Assembly (NCBI RefSeq): GCF_036321535.1
Contig: NC_087436.1
Location: 16,058,001 to 16,122,000 of the forward strand
Length of the DNA: 64,000 bases
Direction: 5' to 3'
From: Camelus dromedarius
Lineage: Eukaryota
Below the pieces are notes generated by a model. The model searched no databases and was not told the origin of the DNA. It worked only from the letters and a program-made list of their open reading frames with translations. Positions 1-13,164 of this stretch are shown here, piece after piece. A program made the translations under genes and the position numbers. Position 1 is the stretch's first letter; every line of letters starts with the position of its first letter.

Positions 1-113
1 AGAAGAGCAGAAAGCCTTTTTATTTTCTTAAGGGATTTTCCATTTTCTTTTAATTATTGCTTGTTGTACAACTTAAAGAATAGAGAAATATAAGGACATA
101 TAGCCCGACTTTG

Positions 114-340
114 TAGAGAAGTGAGTGGCACACTTTTTTTAAAAGGCCAAGTAGTAAATATTTTAGACTTTGTGGGCCATATAGTCTCTGTCACTACCAC
201 TCAACTTAATGTAGTATTGTGATGTGATGACAGCCATGGACAATTGTTGAACAGATAGGCATGGCATGGCTTTGTGCTAATAAAACTTTATTAACAAAAA
301 TAATTGGCAGGCTAGATTTAGCTGACATGCCATGGTTCTA
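114..340 (-). mobile_element. MER58A-like hAT-Charlie DNA transposon
   Basis: gtaaatattttagactttgtgggccatatagtctctgtc...aataaaactttattaacaaaaa resembles the reverse complement of the recalled MER58A consensus. Confidence 0.75.
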
Positions 341-1446
341 GTAATTCTGACCTTGTTCTGGGTAATTCTCATTTTGGTATATTTTCTTTCATATTCTTCC
401 CCAAACTTACATTGTACATAATACTCTTCAAAAACTCTTTGCCACTCAATAATATATTGTGGAAAAATTTTGTTGTTAATCCAGAGGAATCTGTCTCATT
501 ACATTATTTTATATTTTGGTTCTTTCAGTTTTTCACTTTTATAATGCCTTACAGTGAACTTGTTTGTACACACACGTATGTTTCTGCTGCACTTGTGAGA
601 ACATGTTCATATGGCAAGTTACTAGGAGTGTAATGATTGTTTTGTATCAAAATCTATACATATGTAACTTATATTTTTGATAGAGATGGTGCTACAAAGA
701 GAGTCAGGTACCCCATGGAATGTCCACAGACATGACATTGTTGATGACTGTTGGGTTTAACTTTTGTAGTTGGGCAGAATCTCATTGCAGTCTAGCCACT
801 CCTGCTATTTACATTCAAAACATAATCCTAGTTCTGCCTATCCTGTCTTCCGAATTCTTTTTAAAGAAGGGAGTTTCAGAAGACCTATACATAGCAAACA
901 TACCCAGAAGCCTCCTATTTATATAAATGAATCATTCTTTTGGTATTTGTGGTAGGTGAATGGTGTTGTGGAAGCATTCAGCAGAATGGGTCAATTGTTT
1001 ATAAATTCAGAGTATGTTATTGCAAAGTTTAGAACCATGTGATCATTACTAACATTCCACATGAACCATTTTATGGAGAGGTCTTTAGTAGCACCAAAGT
1101 TAATCATCTCTTAAACTCTTGACTCCTATTACCATAAATTAGTTAAAAGTTTTTTTTACAAGATGATTAATACAGTATATATTCTTTAGTGTGCAACTGC
1201 TCAACACTGTTTGTGAAAATAATTTTGTTATACATAGCCCTAGTTAATTCTTTTAAATCTATGAATATTCCACCATTTAAAAATTTATTTTATTTTACAT
1301 ACGCATTTGGGTATTTGTGAGTGTTTGGCTACTATAAATAAAATAGCTACTTTCTTTTAAATATATTTTGTGTTTATGAGAGTCGCTGTTGCTTCATATC
1401 CTTGGCAAATTTTGATAGTATCTGTTTTTTAAATATAGTCATTCTG

Positions 1447-2888
1447 TTTTCTACAGTGGCTGCACCAAACTGCATTCCCACGAGCAGTGTAGGAGGGTTC
1501 CCTTTTCTCCACAGCCTCTCCAGCATTTGTCATTTGTGGACTTTTGAATGATGGTCATTCTGACTGGTGTGAGGTGATACCTCATTGTAGTTTCGATTTG
1601 CATTTCTCTGATAATTAGTGATATTGAGCATTTTTTCATGTGCCTATTGATCATTTGTATTTCTTCCTTGTAGAATTGCTTGTTTAGGTCTTCTGCCCAT
1701 TTTTGGATTGGGTTGTTTGTTTTTTTTCTTATAAAGTCATATGAGCTGGTTATATATTCTGGAGATCAAGCCTTTGTCGGTTTCATCATTTGCAAAAATT
1801 TTCTCCCATTCCATAGGTTATCGTTTTGTTTCACTTATGGTTTCCTTTGCTGTGCAGAAGCTTGTAAGTTTAATTAGGTCCCATTTGTTTATTCTTGCTT
1901 TTTTTTCTATTGCTTGGGTAGACTTCCCTAGTAGAGCATATTTGAGATGTATGTCAGATAATGTTTTGCCTATATTTTCTTCTAGGAGGTTTATTGTATC
2001 TTGTCTTACGTTTAAGTCTTTGATCCATTTTGAGTTTATTTTTGTGTATGGTGTAAGGGAGTTCTCTAGCTTCATTGATTTACATGCTGCTGTCCAGTTT
2101 TCCCAACACCATTTGCTGGAGAGACTGTCTTTATTCCATTGTATATTCTTGCCTCCTTCATTGAAGATTAGTTGACCAAAAGTTTGTGGGTCCATTTCTG
2201 GGATCTCTATTCTGTTCGGAGATTCCTCAGAAGACTAGGAGTAGACTTATCATATGACCCAGTAATCCCACTCCTGGGCATATATCCAGAAGGAATCCTA
2301 CTTCAAAAAAGACACCTGCACCCCAATGTTCATAGCAGCACTATTTACAATAGCCAAGACATGGAAACAGCCTAAATGTCCATCAACAGATGACTGGATA
2401 AAGAAGGTGTGGTATATTTATACAATGGAATACTATTCGGCCATAAAAGCCGACAACATAATGCCATTTGCAGCAACATGGATGCTCCTGGAGAATGTCA
2501 TAAGTGAAGTAAGCCAGAAAGAGAAAGAAAAATACCATATGAGATTGCTCATATGTGGAATCTTAAAAAAAAAAAAAAAGAACATAAATACAAAGCAGAA
2601 ACAGACTCAGACATAGAATATAAATTTGTGGTTGCCAAGGGGGTGGGGGGTGGGAAGGGACAGACTGGGATTTCAGAATTTGTAGATACTGACAGGATTA
2701 TGCAGAATAAATAAACAAGATTATACTGTATAGCGCAGGGAAATATATACAAGATCTTGTGGTAGCTCACAGAAAAAAAAAGTGACAATGAATATATGTA
2801 TGTTCAAGTATAAATGAAAAATTGTGCTCTACACTGGAATTTGACACAACATTGTAAAATGATTACAACTCAATAAAAAATGTTAAAA
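1447..2888 (+). mobile_element. Young lineage-specific L1, 5'-truncated with a 5' inversion (inverted ORF2 piece 1447-2217; sense 3' end 2218-2888)
   Basis: Minus-strand ORFs 1451-1654 and 1818-2195 and the plus-strand ORF 2326-2616 are all L1 ORF2 C-terminal peptides ([35 protein letters not shown]). 3' UTR with AATAAA and a short A tail. TSD aaatatagtcattctg (1431-1446) / aaatatagcgattctg (2889-2904). Confidence 0.93.
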
Positions 2889-3166
2889 AAATATAGCGAT
2901 TCTGGTGGGTCTTAGTATATTTTATGGTTTTAGTTTGTATCTCCCTGATGATTAGTAATCCTGAACACCTTTTCATGAACTTATTCACCAACTGGAAATC
3001 TTTTGTAAACTACTTACTCATGTACTTTGGTGGTTTTTGTTTATTGTGATTTTTGCTTTTTCTTTATTTGTAAGAGTTTCTTATACATTTCAGATATAAG
3101 TTCCTTATTGAGTGTAAATATTTCAAATATATTCTCCCTTTCAAAAGTTTACCTTTTAATTCTCTT

Positions 3167-3262
3167 GACCTTTTTTTTTTTTTGATGGAGGTAATAGGGA
3201 TTGAACCTAAGACTTCTTGCATGCTAAGCATGCACTCTACCACTGAGCTATTACCCTCCCCC
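3167..3262 (-). mobile_element. tRNA-derived SINE (camelid vic-1-like), short-tail form
   Basis: Minus strand reads GGGGGAGGGTAATAGCTCAGTGGTAGAGTGCATGCTTAGCATGCAAGAAGTCTTAGGTTCAATCCC (A and B boxes) plus an A tail. Flanking repeat cttttaattctctt at 3153-3166 / 3266-3279. Confidence 0.9.
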
Positions 3263-3798
3263 TGTCTTTTAATTCTCTTAATGTTGGTTATCATAAGTGT
3301 AAGTCTTGAATTTTAAAGGTCTAGTTTATCAGTCTTTATGTTATGTGTACTTTATGTTTTGTACAAGAAATCTTTTATTTCATCCTGTCACAAAGATACT
3401 CCTTTATATAATCTTCTAGGAGTGTTTAGGTCTTGTCTGTGATCCATTTGGAATTGATTTGTTTGTATTGTTTAAGATAGAAGTCAGGTCTAATTTTATC
3501 CGTATGAACATCAGTTGATTGATCTAGGACTAGTTATTGAAAAAAATCTCATCTTCCTCTTACTAATTATGGAAGTGCTTTTGCCATAAATATGGTGAAT
3601 GGATGAATGAATAAATTTGTATGTGTGTGTATACATGCACACACACATAGTATAACTCCTATTATGGTTATGATTATGATTGTTATTACCTCTCTTTTCC
3701 GTTTTTCAAGAGTGTCTCAGGTATTCTTGTTCTTTACATATTCATTTAACTTTTAGAGTCAACTTGCCAAGTTGCACAGAGACACTTGGTAAGATTTC

Positions 3799-3983
3799 TT
3801 TTTTTTTTTTTTTTTAATTTATTGATGGCTTTTTTGTTTTGTTTTTGTTGAGGGAGGTGATTAGGTTTGTTTGTTTGTTTATCTGTTTATTTACTTACTA
3901 CTTTAAAGGGAGGTACTGGATATTGAACCCAGGACAAAGTGCATGCTAAGTAGGCACTTTACCACTGAGCTGTACCTTCCCCC
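3799..3983 (-). mobile_element. tRNA-derived SINE (vic-1-like), long-tail form
   Basis: Same head as the other copies plus the AAACCTAAT-ACCTCCC tail segment and poly(A). Diverged TSD acacttggtaagattt / acatttgctaagattt. Confidence 0.88.
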
Positions 3984-4727
3984 AAACATTTGCTAAGATT
4001 TTGATTGAGATTCATTATATTTATAAATCACTTAGTGGAGAACTGATATCTTTACAGTATTGAGTTTTTTCACTTTCATGAACGTAGCATGCTCCTTTCT
4101 TTCATTTCTTTAAGTCTTCTTTAACTTCTCTCAGCATTCATTTTGTTTACATGTAGAATTCTAGCACATTTTAATTCGTTATTCCTACATATTTTGATGT
4201 TTTTTAAAATGCTTTTCAAAATATTACTTAAAAATTATTTTCAGTTTGTTGGTAACTGTTAAAGTCTAGTTGATTTTTGTGTATTTACCTTCAATCTAGT
4301 GACCTTGCTAATTCAATTGTTAATTTTAATTGTTTACGTATTCTTTTGGATTCTATTAGTTTTTTAAAAAAAATCAAGTTTTAACTTTATCTTCTGAAGT
4401 GTATTTTTGTTTTGTATTTAATTAGTTTCTGCTCTTATCTCTATTATTTTACTTTCAGTGCTTTTCAGTTTCTGTGATCCTCTTCTCATTTCTTTAGTTG
4501 AACACCTAGGTAATTTATTTTCGGAGTTTCTTCTTTAATGCATTTATTCAGAATATAAATTTCCCTTCATGCATTGATTTAGCTAAATCCCATATGTTTT
4601 GGCATGTTGCTTTCATTAGGTTTTAGTTCAAAACATTTTCTAATTTCCATTGTCATGTGTTTGTTTTTAATGCATGGACTATTTAGAAGAGAACTTCTTA
4701 ATTTTCAAACACAAGTGAGGGGAAGTG

Positions 4728-5200
4728 GTATTAGTTATTTATTGCTGTTTTAACAAGAGTATCACAATTTAGCCTTATAACAACACACATTTATTATCTC
4801 ACAATTTCTGTTTGGTCATTATTCTGGGCGTGGCCTCACTGGGCCCTCTGCTTCAGGGTTTGTTGCAAGGTGTTTGTGGGGCTTTGTAGTTTGACTAGTG
4901 GAGTATCAGCTTCCAAGTTTACCTGGTTGTTTTCGAGGTCTAGAGGCTGCACTCAGCACCTTGCCACATGGGCCCCTCCTTAGGGCAGCTCATAAGGTGG
5001 TCTCTTTCTTCTGATGAGCCATCAAGGGCGGGAGTCAGTAGAGAGTCTGCTAGCAAGATGGAAGTTAGAATCTTACTGAATGTAATAATTTATTGCTTAG
5101 AGGCATGCCATACCTCCCCTCCACAATCTCAGGGAGAGGATTACATAAGGCTGTGCATTCCAGAAGGTTGGGAAAGTTGGGCACCATTTTATTATGACTG
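4728..5200. mobile_element. MLT1-type MaLR LTR
   Basis: tattagttatttattgctg...aacaacacacatttattatctcacaatttctg is typical of MLT1 LTRs. Confidence 0.7.
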
Positions 5201-6199
5201 TACATCTTGTCCTTTTTTTGTGTGTGTGTTCCATATTTACCCGAAATTAATGTTTATTCCTTAGTTGGAGGACATAGTGTTATATATGTGTTAATTGGAT
5301 CAGGTTTGTGATCACATTGCTAAAATTTTCTGTAGCTTTGTATCTTCTATTATTGGTTGTAAGCCATATTGTTAGGAATATACAAATACAGAATCTCAAA
5401 ATTCTGAATTTATATCTCCCTGGTTCATTTATATTATAATTTGAAGTGTTTATCTCTTTATCTCCAATTTTGCTTCTTAAAGCTAACTTTTTATTATATT
5501 AATAAAGGCTCATTAGTTGTCTTTGACATTTTTTGTTCATCTTTTCTGAAAAACTACTTTCAACCTTTGGCCTTATGTTGAAATTGTTACTTATAAGCAG
5601 CACATACTTAAAAAAAATCTAATTGACAATAATTATATTATCCTCTTCACTTTTCATGTATTTCTGATATATTTAGTTTAAAACTTATCCTTATTATTTG
5701 TGTCCTGTGTATTTGTTCCACATTTTGCATATTCCTTTTTTTCTTTTTCTTCTTTTGAGTTTAATATTTTTTCTTATTCAATTTTTTTCATATTAGTTCA
5801 TTGGTTATACATTATTTTAGATACATTTAGTGGTTGCCTAGATAATGCAACATGAATGTTAGTGTTGTTAATATCTTATATGAATTGGTTCTTTCACCAA
5901 TTCTTGGACAATAGAAGAACACTAATTCCTTTTTTTCTTCTTGCCTTGAGTGCTGTTATTATTTGTTTTGTGATTACAATATTTGTGGATTTTAGAATTC
6001 ATTATTACAACAGTTGTAAACATTCACTGTTCTTTTAGATTTGCCCACATGGTTAAGGTTTCTGTTGCTTTGTGTTTTACTTTCTTATCTTGCATCAATC
6101 TGATACTGTTTTCTCTCTGTCTGAAGAATTGTCTATAATCTGGTTGTCTAAGGACAAATTCTCTTGTTTGTCATTAAATGTCCTTATTTTGCTTTGGCC

Positions 6200-7060
6200 T
6201 GAGATGAAAAACTTTTTCTCTACCTACTTAGGTTCTTCTATTGAAGGTCTGTGAATCAAACTGACAAAAGACAAATTGTCACAAGAAAAGATGGATTTTT
6301 AAAAATTCAAATGGATGTTCAAGAGAGTTCACATAAAAATGTGACTCAAGGAAATGGTTAGGATTTGAGGCTTTATATCAGCATCTTAATAGGTTAGAGG
6401 GAAGGGAGAAGGGCCCTTATGGGAAAACAAATGACTTTTAGGAAAGATAAATGGACCTTTAGGAGAATAGATGGGAGATAAGGTAGTTTTGTGACGATGT
6501 CCCTTTAGGCAGTTTCTTATCCTAGTGCTGACTTCTAGTCTCCAGGTTATAGGAGTCAGTCTTTTCTCCTTGTGAAACTTCAGTAGAGAGGACCTGGAGA
6601 GTGTCATTCTAAATGAAGTAAACCAGAAAGAGAAAGAAAAATACCATATGATATCACTTATATGTTGAATCTAAAAAAAAAAGACAAATGAACTTATTTA
6701 CGAAACAAATAGACTCAGAGACATAGAAAACAAACTTATGGTTACCAGGAAGAGAAAAGGGGTGGGAAGGGATAAATTGGGAGTTTGAGATTTGCAGTTA
6801 CTGACTGCTATATATAAAATAGATAAACAAGAAGTTTACGGTGTATAGCACAGAGAACTATATTCAATATCTTGTAAAAAAGAAAATGAGAAGGAATATA
6901 TGTATGACTGAAACATGATGCTGTGCACCAGAAATTGATGTAACCTTGTAAACTGACTACATACTTCAATTTAAAAAACAAGTGGATTTATGACAGTTGA
7001 ATTCTTTTGGGTTAGTCTCCTTTTAGGTAGATAAGAGGAGTTCAGAAAAAGATTTTTCAC
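6200..7060. mobile_element. ERV LTR-like element interrupted by an L1 3' end
   Basis: LTR-like sequence (tctacctacttaggttc...aaactgacaaaagaca) resumes after 6980 (gatttatgacagttgaattcttttgg). Confidence 0.55.
6590..6980 (+). mobile_element. 5'-truncated L1 3' end (artiodactyl/camelid type)
   Basis: gacctggagagtgtcattctaaatgaagtaaaccagaaagagaaagaaaaataccatatg is homologous to 2485-2560. Ends tacttcaatttaaaaaa. Confidence 0.88.
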
Positions 7061-7310
7061 ACTGATATATTCTAGATACTTTCACTTTCTTTATTGAAAG
7101 ATAATTTTGGGGTATAATCTTAGCTGCTGTTTTTGTTTAGTACTTTGAAGAAGTAGTTCCATTCTTATCTGGCTTCTATCAGTCTTATCAGTCTTATTCT
7201 TACTTTAAGGCAAGAAGGTGTCCTTACCTCTTCTAATTTCTCCCTCCCACTGGCTGCTATTAAAATTTTTTCCCTGTGACAGTTTTACTCTGGTATAACT
7301 AGGTGTAGTC

Positions 7311-7569
7311 TTGTCTGTCTTTCTTCCTTTCTTTCTTCCTTTCTTCCTTCCTTCCTTTCTTTCTTCCTTCCTTCCTTTCCTTTCCTTTCCTTTCCTTTCC
7401 TTTCCTTTCCTTTCCTTTCCTTTCCTTTCCTTTCCTTTCCTTTCCTTTCTTTTCTTTCTTTTCTTTCTTTTCTTTCTTCCTCTCTCTCTGCTTTGCTTTC
7501 TTTTCTTCTTCCTTCCTTCCTTCCTTCCTTCCTTCCTTCCTTCCTTCCTTCCTTCCTTCCTTCCTTCTT
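7311..7569 (+). repeat. Compound polypyrimidine microsatellite (CTTT/CCTT/CCTTT)n
   Basis: Directly visible. It explains the low-complexity ORFs at 7205-7738. Confidence 0.97.
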
Positions 7570-8274
7570 GGAGTTTGTAGTACTTCAGCATATGGCTCAG
7601 TGTTTTTTCCCCCAGTTTTCAAAAAGTGTTGGTCATTCTCTTTTCAGATATTGTTCTGTCTTAATTATTTGCCTACTTTCATTCTTTACTCCAAATATAC
7701 TCATAATAGGTCTTTTTACCATGTCCTGTGTGTCTTAGTTATTTTGTCAGTTTTCATAATTTTTCTTATCAAGCTTTTGTTTAGTTGTCATTGACCCCTC
7801 TTTCAGTTAAGTAGTCCTTCTTCACCTGAGTTTAATAAGCTGGTAAATCTATTCTTAATTTCATGTTTGTTTTGTTCAGTAGTTCTATAGTTTCCATTCT
7901 GTACTGAAATTCTTTTTGTAGAATTTATTGTTCTCAACAGTAACTTCATTTATTTCAATATTCGGATATGAAATGTTAGTATCTTGATTTTTCTGTATGT
8001 TGGCTTCTATTTGGTTTTCATTCACTTGGTGTTGGCTCTTGTTTTACCTGTTCATTGGTGATTGAATATTTGAAATTGTGTTTACAATAGCAGGAAATTA
8101 TATTTTAAAGTCTCTAGATGGTAATATCTTCTTCTAGAGAGGATTCCCTTTTGATTTTTGATTAGCAGTTAGATTGAGTGCTGATTATGTTAATTTAAGA
8201 CTGGACTGGTTCAAAGTTGGAACTGTTAAAATCTTTCTGAGAGTTAGCCCTATTTCCAGTTTGTCTACTCCTAC

Positions 8275-8903
8275 TGATGCAGGAAAAACGGATATGGGGT
8301 GTCTGGAGGGCTGTGTCCCAGGTCTCCTTTGAGTCCCTGGTATGTGCCTCGCCAAGTGTAGGTCCTTGGCATTGTGCTGGAAAGAATTCAAGAGTGAGCC
8401 ATTGTTGAGTAAAGGTAGATTTATTTACAGTGTAAGGCAAGAGAAAGGCAAAGGAAGAGATGTGGAGGTTGGGTGCTCAGGTTAAAATTAAAATAGGTAC
8501 ACACTCCATGGACAGAGTGTGGGCCATCTCTGAAGAGGAGGGAATGAAAATGGGTGGCCATGAGGCGTGATGTTGCCAGTTTTTATGAGCTCAGTAGCTC
8601 CACACCTACAAGTGGGAGGACTATTCCAGTTACCCTGAGGAAGGGGCTGGGATTCCCAGGAATTTGGCCACCACCCACTCTGACCTTATATAGTTAGCCT
8701 TGGAACTGTCAGGGCACCTGTTGGGCATGTTATTTATCATGCTAATGTTACAACGAGCATATGAAGCTCAAGGTCTGCTAAATGTCAAATCTCCTACCAT
8801 CTTAATCCTCAAGGCCTACTGGGAGTTGAATCTTCCGCCATCTTGGTGTTAATTGCTGTCATTTCTTGAACGGCTGTGCCCTGCCCCCTTCCCTCCTGTC
8901 TCA
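8275..8903 (-). mobile_element. ERV1-class solo LTR, 629 bp
   Basis: TG...CA termini, perfect 4-bp TSD ctac (8271-8274 / 8904-8907), minus-strand AATAAA (tttatt) near 8420. Confidence 0.88.
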
Positions 8904-9631
8904 CTACCATGTAAGCCCATTTATGTCTTCTGAGAACCTGAGATTTTATTTTACCATGGCTCTCCTGCATTGTTATTTCTGGTGGTTTTTTTTCCCCCTT
9001 CCTCACACTGTGACATTCTGAAAATTTTGTTTAACTTTTTGGCTGCCAGTTAATCTAAGTACAAATCATCATGTTACGTGAAGGTCTGTTGTAGTGTTTT
9101 CTGTTTCCTGGGGTATACTTGGGTCTCTTCTGTAAGCCTGGGTAATCTACTAGGATCTCTTCACCTTGATAGGTTATAAACTTCAATTTTTGTCTCTATA
9201 GTTCTTTAAGATTGATAATAGCTCCATTTAATGTTTCTGTTCCTACCTGTGAGCAGTAAATGCTTCAGTGGGAAAAGTCATGCTCAAACATCTTCTCTAG
9301 GATCTTGGTTCCTTAAATCTTGACTATCCTGGAAACTCTCTAATCCCTTAAAAAAGTTGAAAACACAAATTTTTTCTAGCATTTTTAGTTGCTTCTGTTG
9401 GTTAGTTTGATAAAAGCCTATCAGCTGTTTCCAGAAGGATAAATATTTGCTGGTATATTCTGCAATTATTTGGTGTGAAATAATGGTCCTTCATTGGGCA
9501 TGACATCAGAAAAGGAGAGCAAAGATTCTTTCCTCCCCCCAAATAAGAAAATACACCACCTTTGAGCAATGAATAATCATATGTGTTGTGGGTATACATA
9601 CATTTATTTGACAATATTCATCTCTTTATAG

Positions 9632-9740
9632 GTTGCTTAGCCAAACAATGAAGGATCATTTGGTAAGAGTAGCAAACGAAGCCGAATTTATCCTGAGCAG
9701 GCAGCGAGCAGAGGATATTCACAGACATGCGGAATTTGAG
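9632..9740 (+). CDS. LRBA: LRBA internal coding exon, 109 bp (start of DUF1088 region)
   Basis: Acceptor tctctttatag|G and donor GAG|gtaggt. After 1 nt it translates to [36 protein letters not shown]. This matches recalled LRBA rather than the paralog NBEA (LLCHAMKDHIVRV...). It ends in phase 0, compatible with the next exon. Confidence 0.96.
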
Positions 9741-10419
9741 GTAGGTTAAACATATGAATGGTTGGAGGTAGTTACCATTTTTTAGTGGTAAGCATGGGAA
9801 GCTGTAGGTAAAATGGCAGCATGGTCTAAGCAAATGTGTATCATCAAAAAATTAAAAATTATTTTGTGCAGTAGTCAGGGGGGATTCTGGGAAGATAGTA
9901 CAAGTCTCTGTAACCTTGGCTTTGATAGTTTTCTCATAATTTAGTGAAGGACATTTGCTGTCTCTAGGCAAGACTGAGCTACTTATCTGGAAATGAAAAC
10001 CCCTTTGGTAGAGATAAGAGCTTCTAGGTTTCTAGAGAGAAGCTGAACAGAGGTGTGAAGTTTCTTTTCCCTTGAAGTTTGGAAACATGTAATATTTGTG
10101 TCTGAGGGAGTGAGGGAGCATACAGCTTTCTTCTTGGATCCTCACAGTGGGACCAAGTGACAGACTCATCCTGGGACTAGGTCTCGTCTCAGCAGTTGCA
10201 CGTGAACATGTGTAACTAATGTGATTTCATAGGATAAATTAATGGTGTTGTAACTATATAAGTTATAAAGGTCACATGTATGGTGAATTAGAAACTTTGA
10301 CAGGAACATTTGCTAAGAATGGGGAAAAAATTAAAAAGCACCATCTGGGTTCTTTATAATATATGGAGAGCTGACCATTCAACTACTGCTGATTTTTTTT
10401 TTTTTTTGATACATTCAAA

Positions 10420-10960
10420 AGGATGAAAACCTCCCCAAGTACATTTTATACAACCATCAAGATGACATGAAAAAGATACTGGGGAAATAAAACCATACAA
10501 GACTAACTTCACTTAAGAATGTTGGACAAAATTCTAACTAAAATTCTAACCAACATAATCCAATAATATAATTAAAGAATTATACAATTGACTCTTGACA
10601 GACACAAGTTTAAACTGTGTGGGTCTGCTTATCTACTGATAGTTTTCGGTAGTAAATACTACAGTACTGCAGTCCGCAGTTGGGTGAAACTGCAGATGTG
10701 GAACAATCTTGGATATGAAGGGCTGACTATAAATTATATGTGAATCAACCCACATGTTGTTAAAGGGTCAGCTGTATAGTGTGATCATTTAGAATTGATT
10801 CATGGACTCCAAAGATGGTTTAATATTAAGATATCCATTTACAGAATAAATTTTATCAATAAATTAAAAATGGGAAAAGTCATGTGAAGCTATCAATCAA
10901 TAAATGTAGAAAAAAAGCATATAATAAATTTTAGCATCCAGCCCTAATGAAAGTCTGAAG
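10420..10960 (+). mobile_element. Old L1 ORF2 (RT region) fragment
   Basis: Decayed L1 RT motifs aaaattctaactaaaattctaaccaacataatccaa and aaagatggtttaatattaag. Split by a Tigger MITE. Confidence 0.6.
10585..10774. mobile_element. Tigger2/MER8-like MITE
   Basis: Terminal inverted repeats caattgactcttgaca / tgttaaagggtcagctg, flanked by TA on both sides. Confidence 0.8.
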
Positions 10961-10963
10961 AAA

Positions 10964-11770
10964 AAGGAGGAAAAAATATACAATGGAGAAAAGACAGTCG
11001 CTTTGACAAGTGGTGTTGTTAAAGCTGGACAGTCGCCTATAAATCAATGAAGTTAGAGTACTCCCTCACACCATACACAAAAATAAACTCAAAATGGCTT
11101 AAAGACTTAAGCATAAGACAAGACATTCTAAACCCCTGGGAGAGAATATAGACAAAACATTCTCTGATATAAACTTTTCCTATCAATATTCTGCTAGGGC
11201 AGTCTACTAAGGCAATAGAAATAAAAACAAAAACAAACAAATGGGACCTAATTAAACTTAACAAACTTTTGCAAAGCAGAGGAAAGTATATACAAAATGG
11301 AAAGACAACCTATGGAATGGGAGAAAATATTTTCAAATGATATGACTGACAAGGGCTTAATTTCCAGAATATACAAAGAGCTCATACAACTCAATAATAA
11401 AAATCAAACAGCCCAATACAAAAATGCACAGAAGATCTGAACAAACATTTCTCTAGTGAAGACATACAAATGGCCAATAGGCACATAAAAAAATTAGCAA
11501 TTTTTCAATATCGCTAATGATCAGATAAATGCAAATCAGAACTACAGTAAGGTATCACCTCACACTAGTCAGAATGGCCATCATTAAGAAGTCCACAAAT
11601 GATAAATGCTGGAGAGGGTGTGGAGAAAAGGGAACCCTCCTACACTGTTGGGGATGTAGTTTGGTGCAGTCATTATGGAAAACAATATGGAGACTCTTTA
11701 AAAAACTAAATATAGACTTACTATATCATCCAGTAATTCCACTGCTGGGCATATATCTGGAGGAAACTCT
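10964..11770 (+). mobile_element. Lineage-specific L1 ORF2 C-terminal fragment, truncated at both ends
   Basis: ORF 11529-11819 reads [42 protein letters not shown]. Homologous to 1447-2300. No 3' UTR or poly(A). Confidence 0.9.
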
Positions 11771-13164
11771 TAGTTATTTCTTAATTACTTTGCTTTCTTT
11801 GTTTCATAGCTATGAGTAATTAAATTTTTTGTATTTTGTCACTGATGTTTGTAATTTGCCTATAATTGTTTTTTCTTCATTTTGTCTATTTAGATCTTCA
11901 GCCTCTTTGTTTTTCACTTATTTTGACTTTTACGTTTTTTTCTGGTTTTGAGTTGTATTTTTGTTGTGTTGTTAGAAAATAATCATGAGGAATTTCCTTT
12001 CATTTTTTGTTATATTCTTACAAGGTTGTCTTTTGTATAGAATCTTCCAGTTTTATTTAAAAATTTTATCATTTGTCTTTTTTTTAATTCATTCATTGTT
12101 GATACATATTTACATAGCTACAGTTTGACTTAGACAGAATATCTTCGTGACTCCTTCCTTCCTCCTTACTGTCTATAAAGCTAATTTTTTCCTTCACTGA
12201 GCTACAGTTTGATTTTTAAAATTTGATTTTTGTCTAATATTGTTAGCCTATCATGAAAAGAGGGAGAGTGATCTTTGAGACAGGTGAGCAGGCTTTCTTA
12301 GAACACCTAAGTCTTGCTTTCTCTTAAAACATTATGTTAAGTATTTTCTGCCAATTTTCTTGTTTATTTAGAACTGTTGACAGTTCTCATCAGGGAGAAA
12401 TGTGCTTAGTCTTTGAATCATTAGCTGTCATTTCAGAAGGTAGTCTGGAGTCTGCTTCTGTCCTGGGTAGTCAGCCCTATTTTCCACTTCCTTGTTACAC
12501 CAGTTTTTGCACTGGAGACTTTTCTAGAATTTTCAATTAGGAGAAGCAAGAGCTAACAATACCTGCTTGGTTTGTCTCTCTCCATATATGTAGGCATTAA
12601 GGAAAATTCTCAGCATGCTGTCAGTTTACCCTCTTTGCTTCGGGCACATGGGGACATGGTTAAGAACTGAGCTTTACTTCACCCTTAGTTCTGTTTCCCA
12701 TAGTTTATTTTCCCCATGGCAACTAATTATTTAATGTTCAGCGCTTTATGTTATATTTCTTTTGTTGGCTATTTTTGTTAGCTTTTTTGTTTGGAAAAGT
12801 TTTCTTTGCTATTGTTTTAGAAGTTGAAGGAAGAAAAAAATTTTTTAATTGCCATTTCAACCTACCATCCTAACCTGGAACCTATTTCTTTAGAGCCCTT
12901 TCTAATTGATTATGGAGAAGGTCCTTTGTAACTCCGGGTTGAGATTGCAGTTCATTTTATTTTTTTGAATTTTTAGTGATGTTATATGGGTTCTTGTGTG
13001 TATGAATGAGAGAGAATGAGGAAGGGGAAAACGTGGAATTAAGAAGAGGAAAAATACTTCTAAAACACTGTGTAATGCAAGAGATTAAACTGATTTGATT
13101 CAAATGGGGGGTGTGTGTGTATATGCATATATATAAAATTTCCACTTTAGGTTGGGGGTAGTGG

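Larger units (their letters stand above)
1240..8250 (-). mobile_element. Old, fragmented L1M-type LINE-1, antisense, hosting several younger insertions
   Basis: T-rich decayed L1 ORF2 motifs (tttgtatctccctgatgattagt, gatccatttggaattgattt, ggagaactgatatctttacagtattgag) continue across the nested elements. Boundaries are approximate. Confidence 0.65.

Noticed and set aside
2639..2659. G-quadruplex motif
   Set aside because: Ordinary G-rich tract of the L1 3' UTR.
7205..7738. Lys/Arg/Glu-rich and Phe/Leu/Pro/Ser-rich ORFs
   Set aside because: Translations of the microsatellite.
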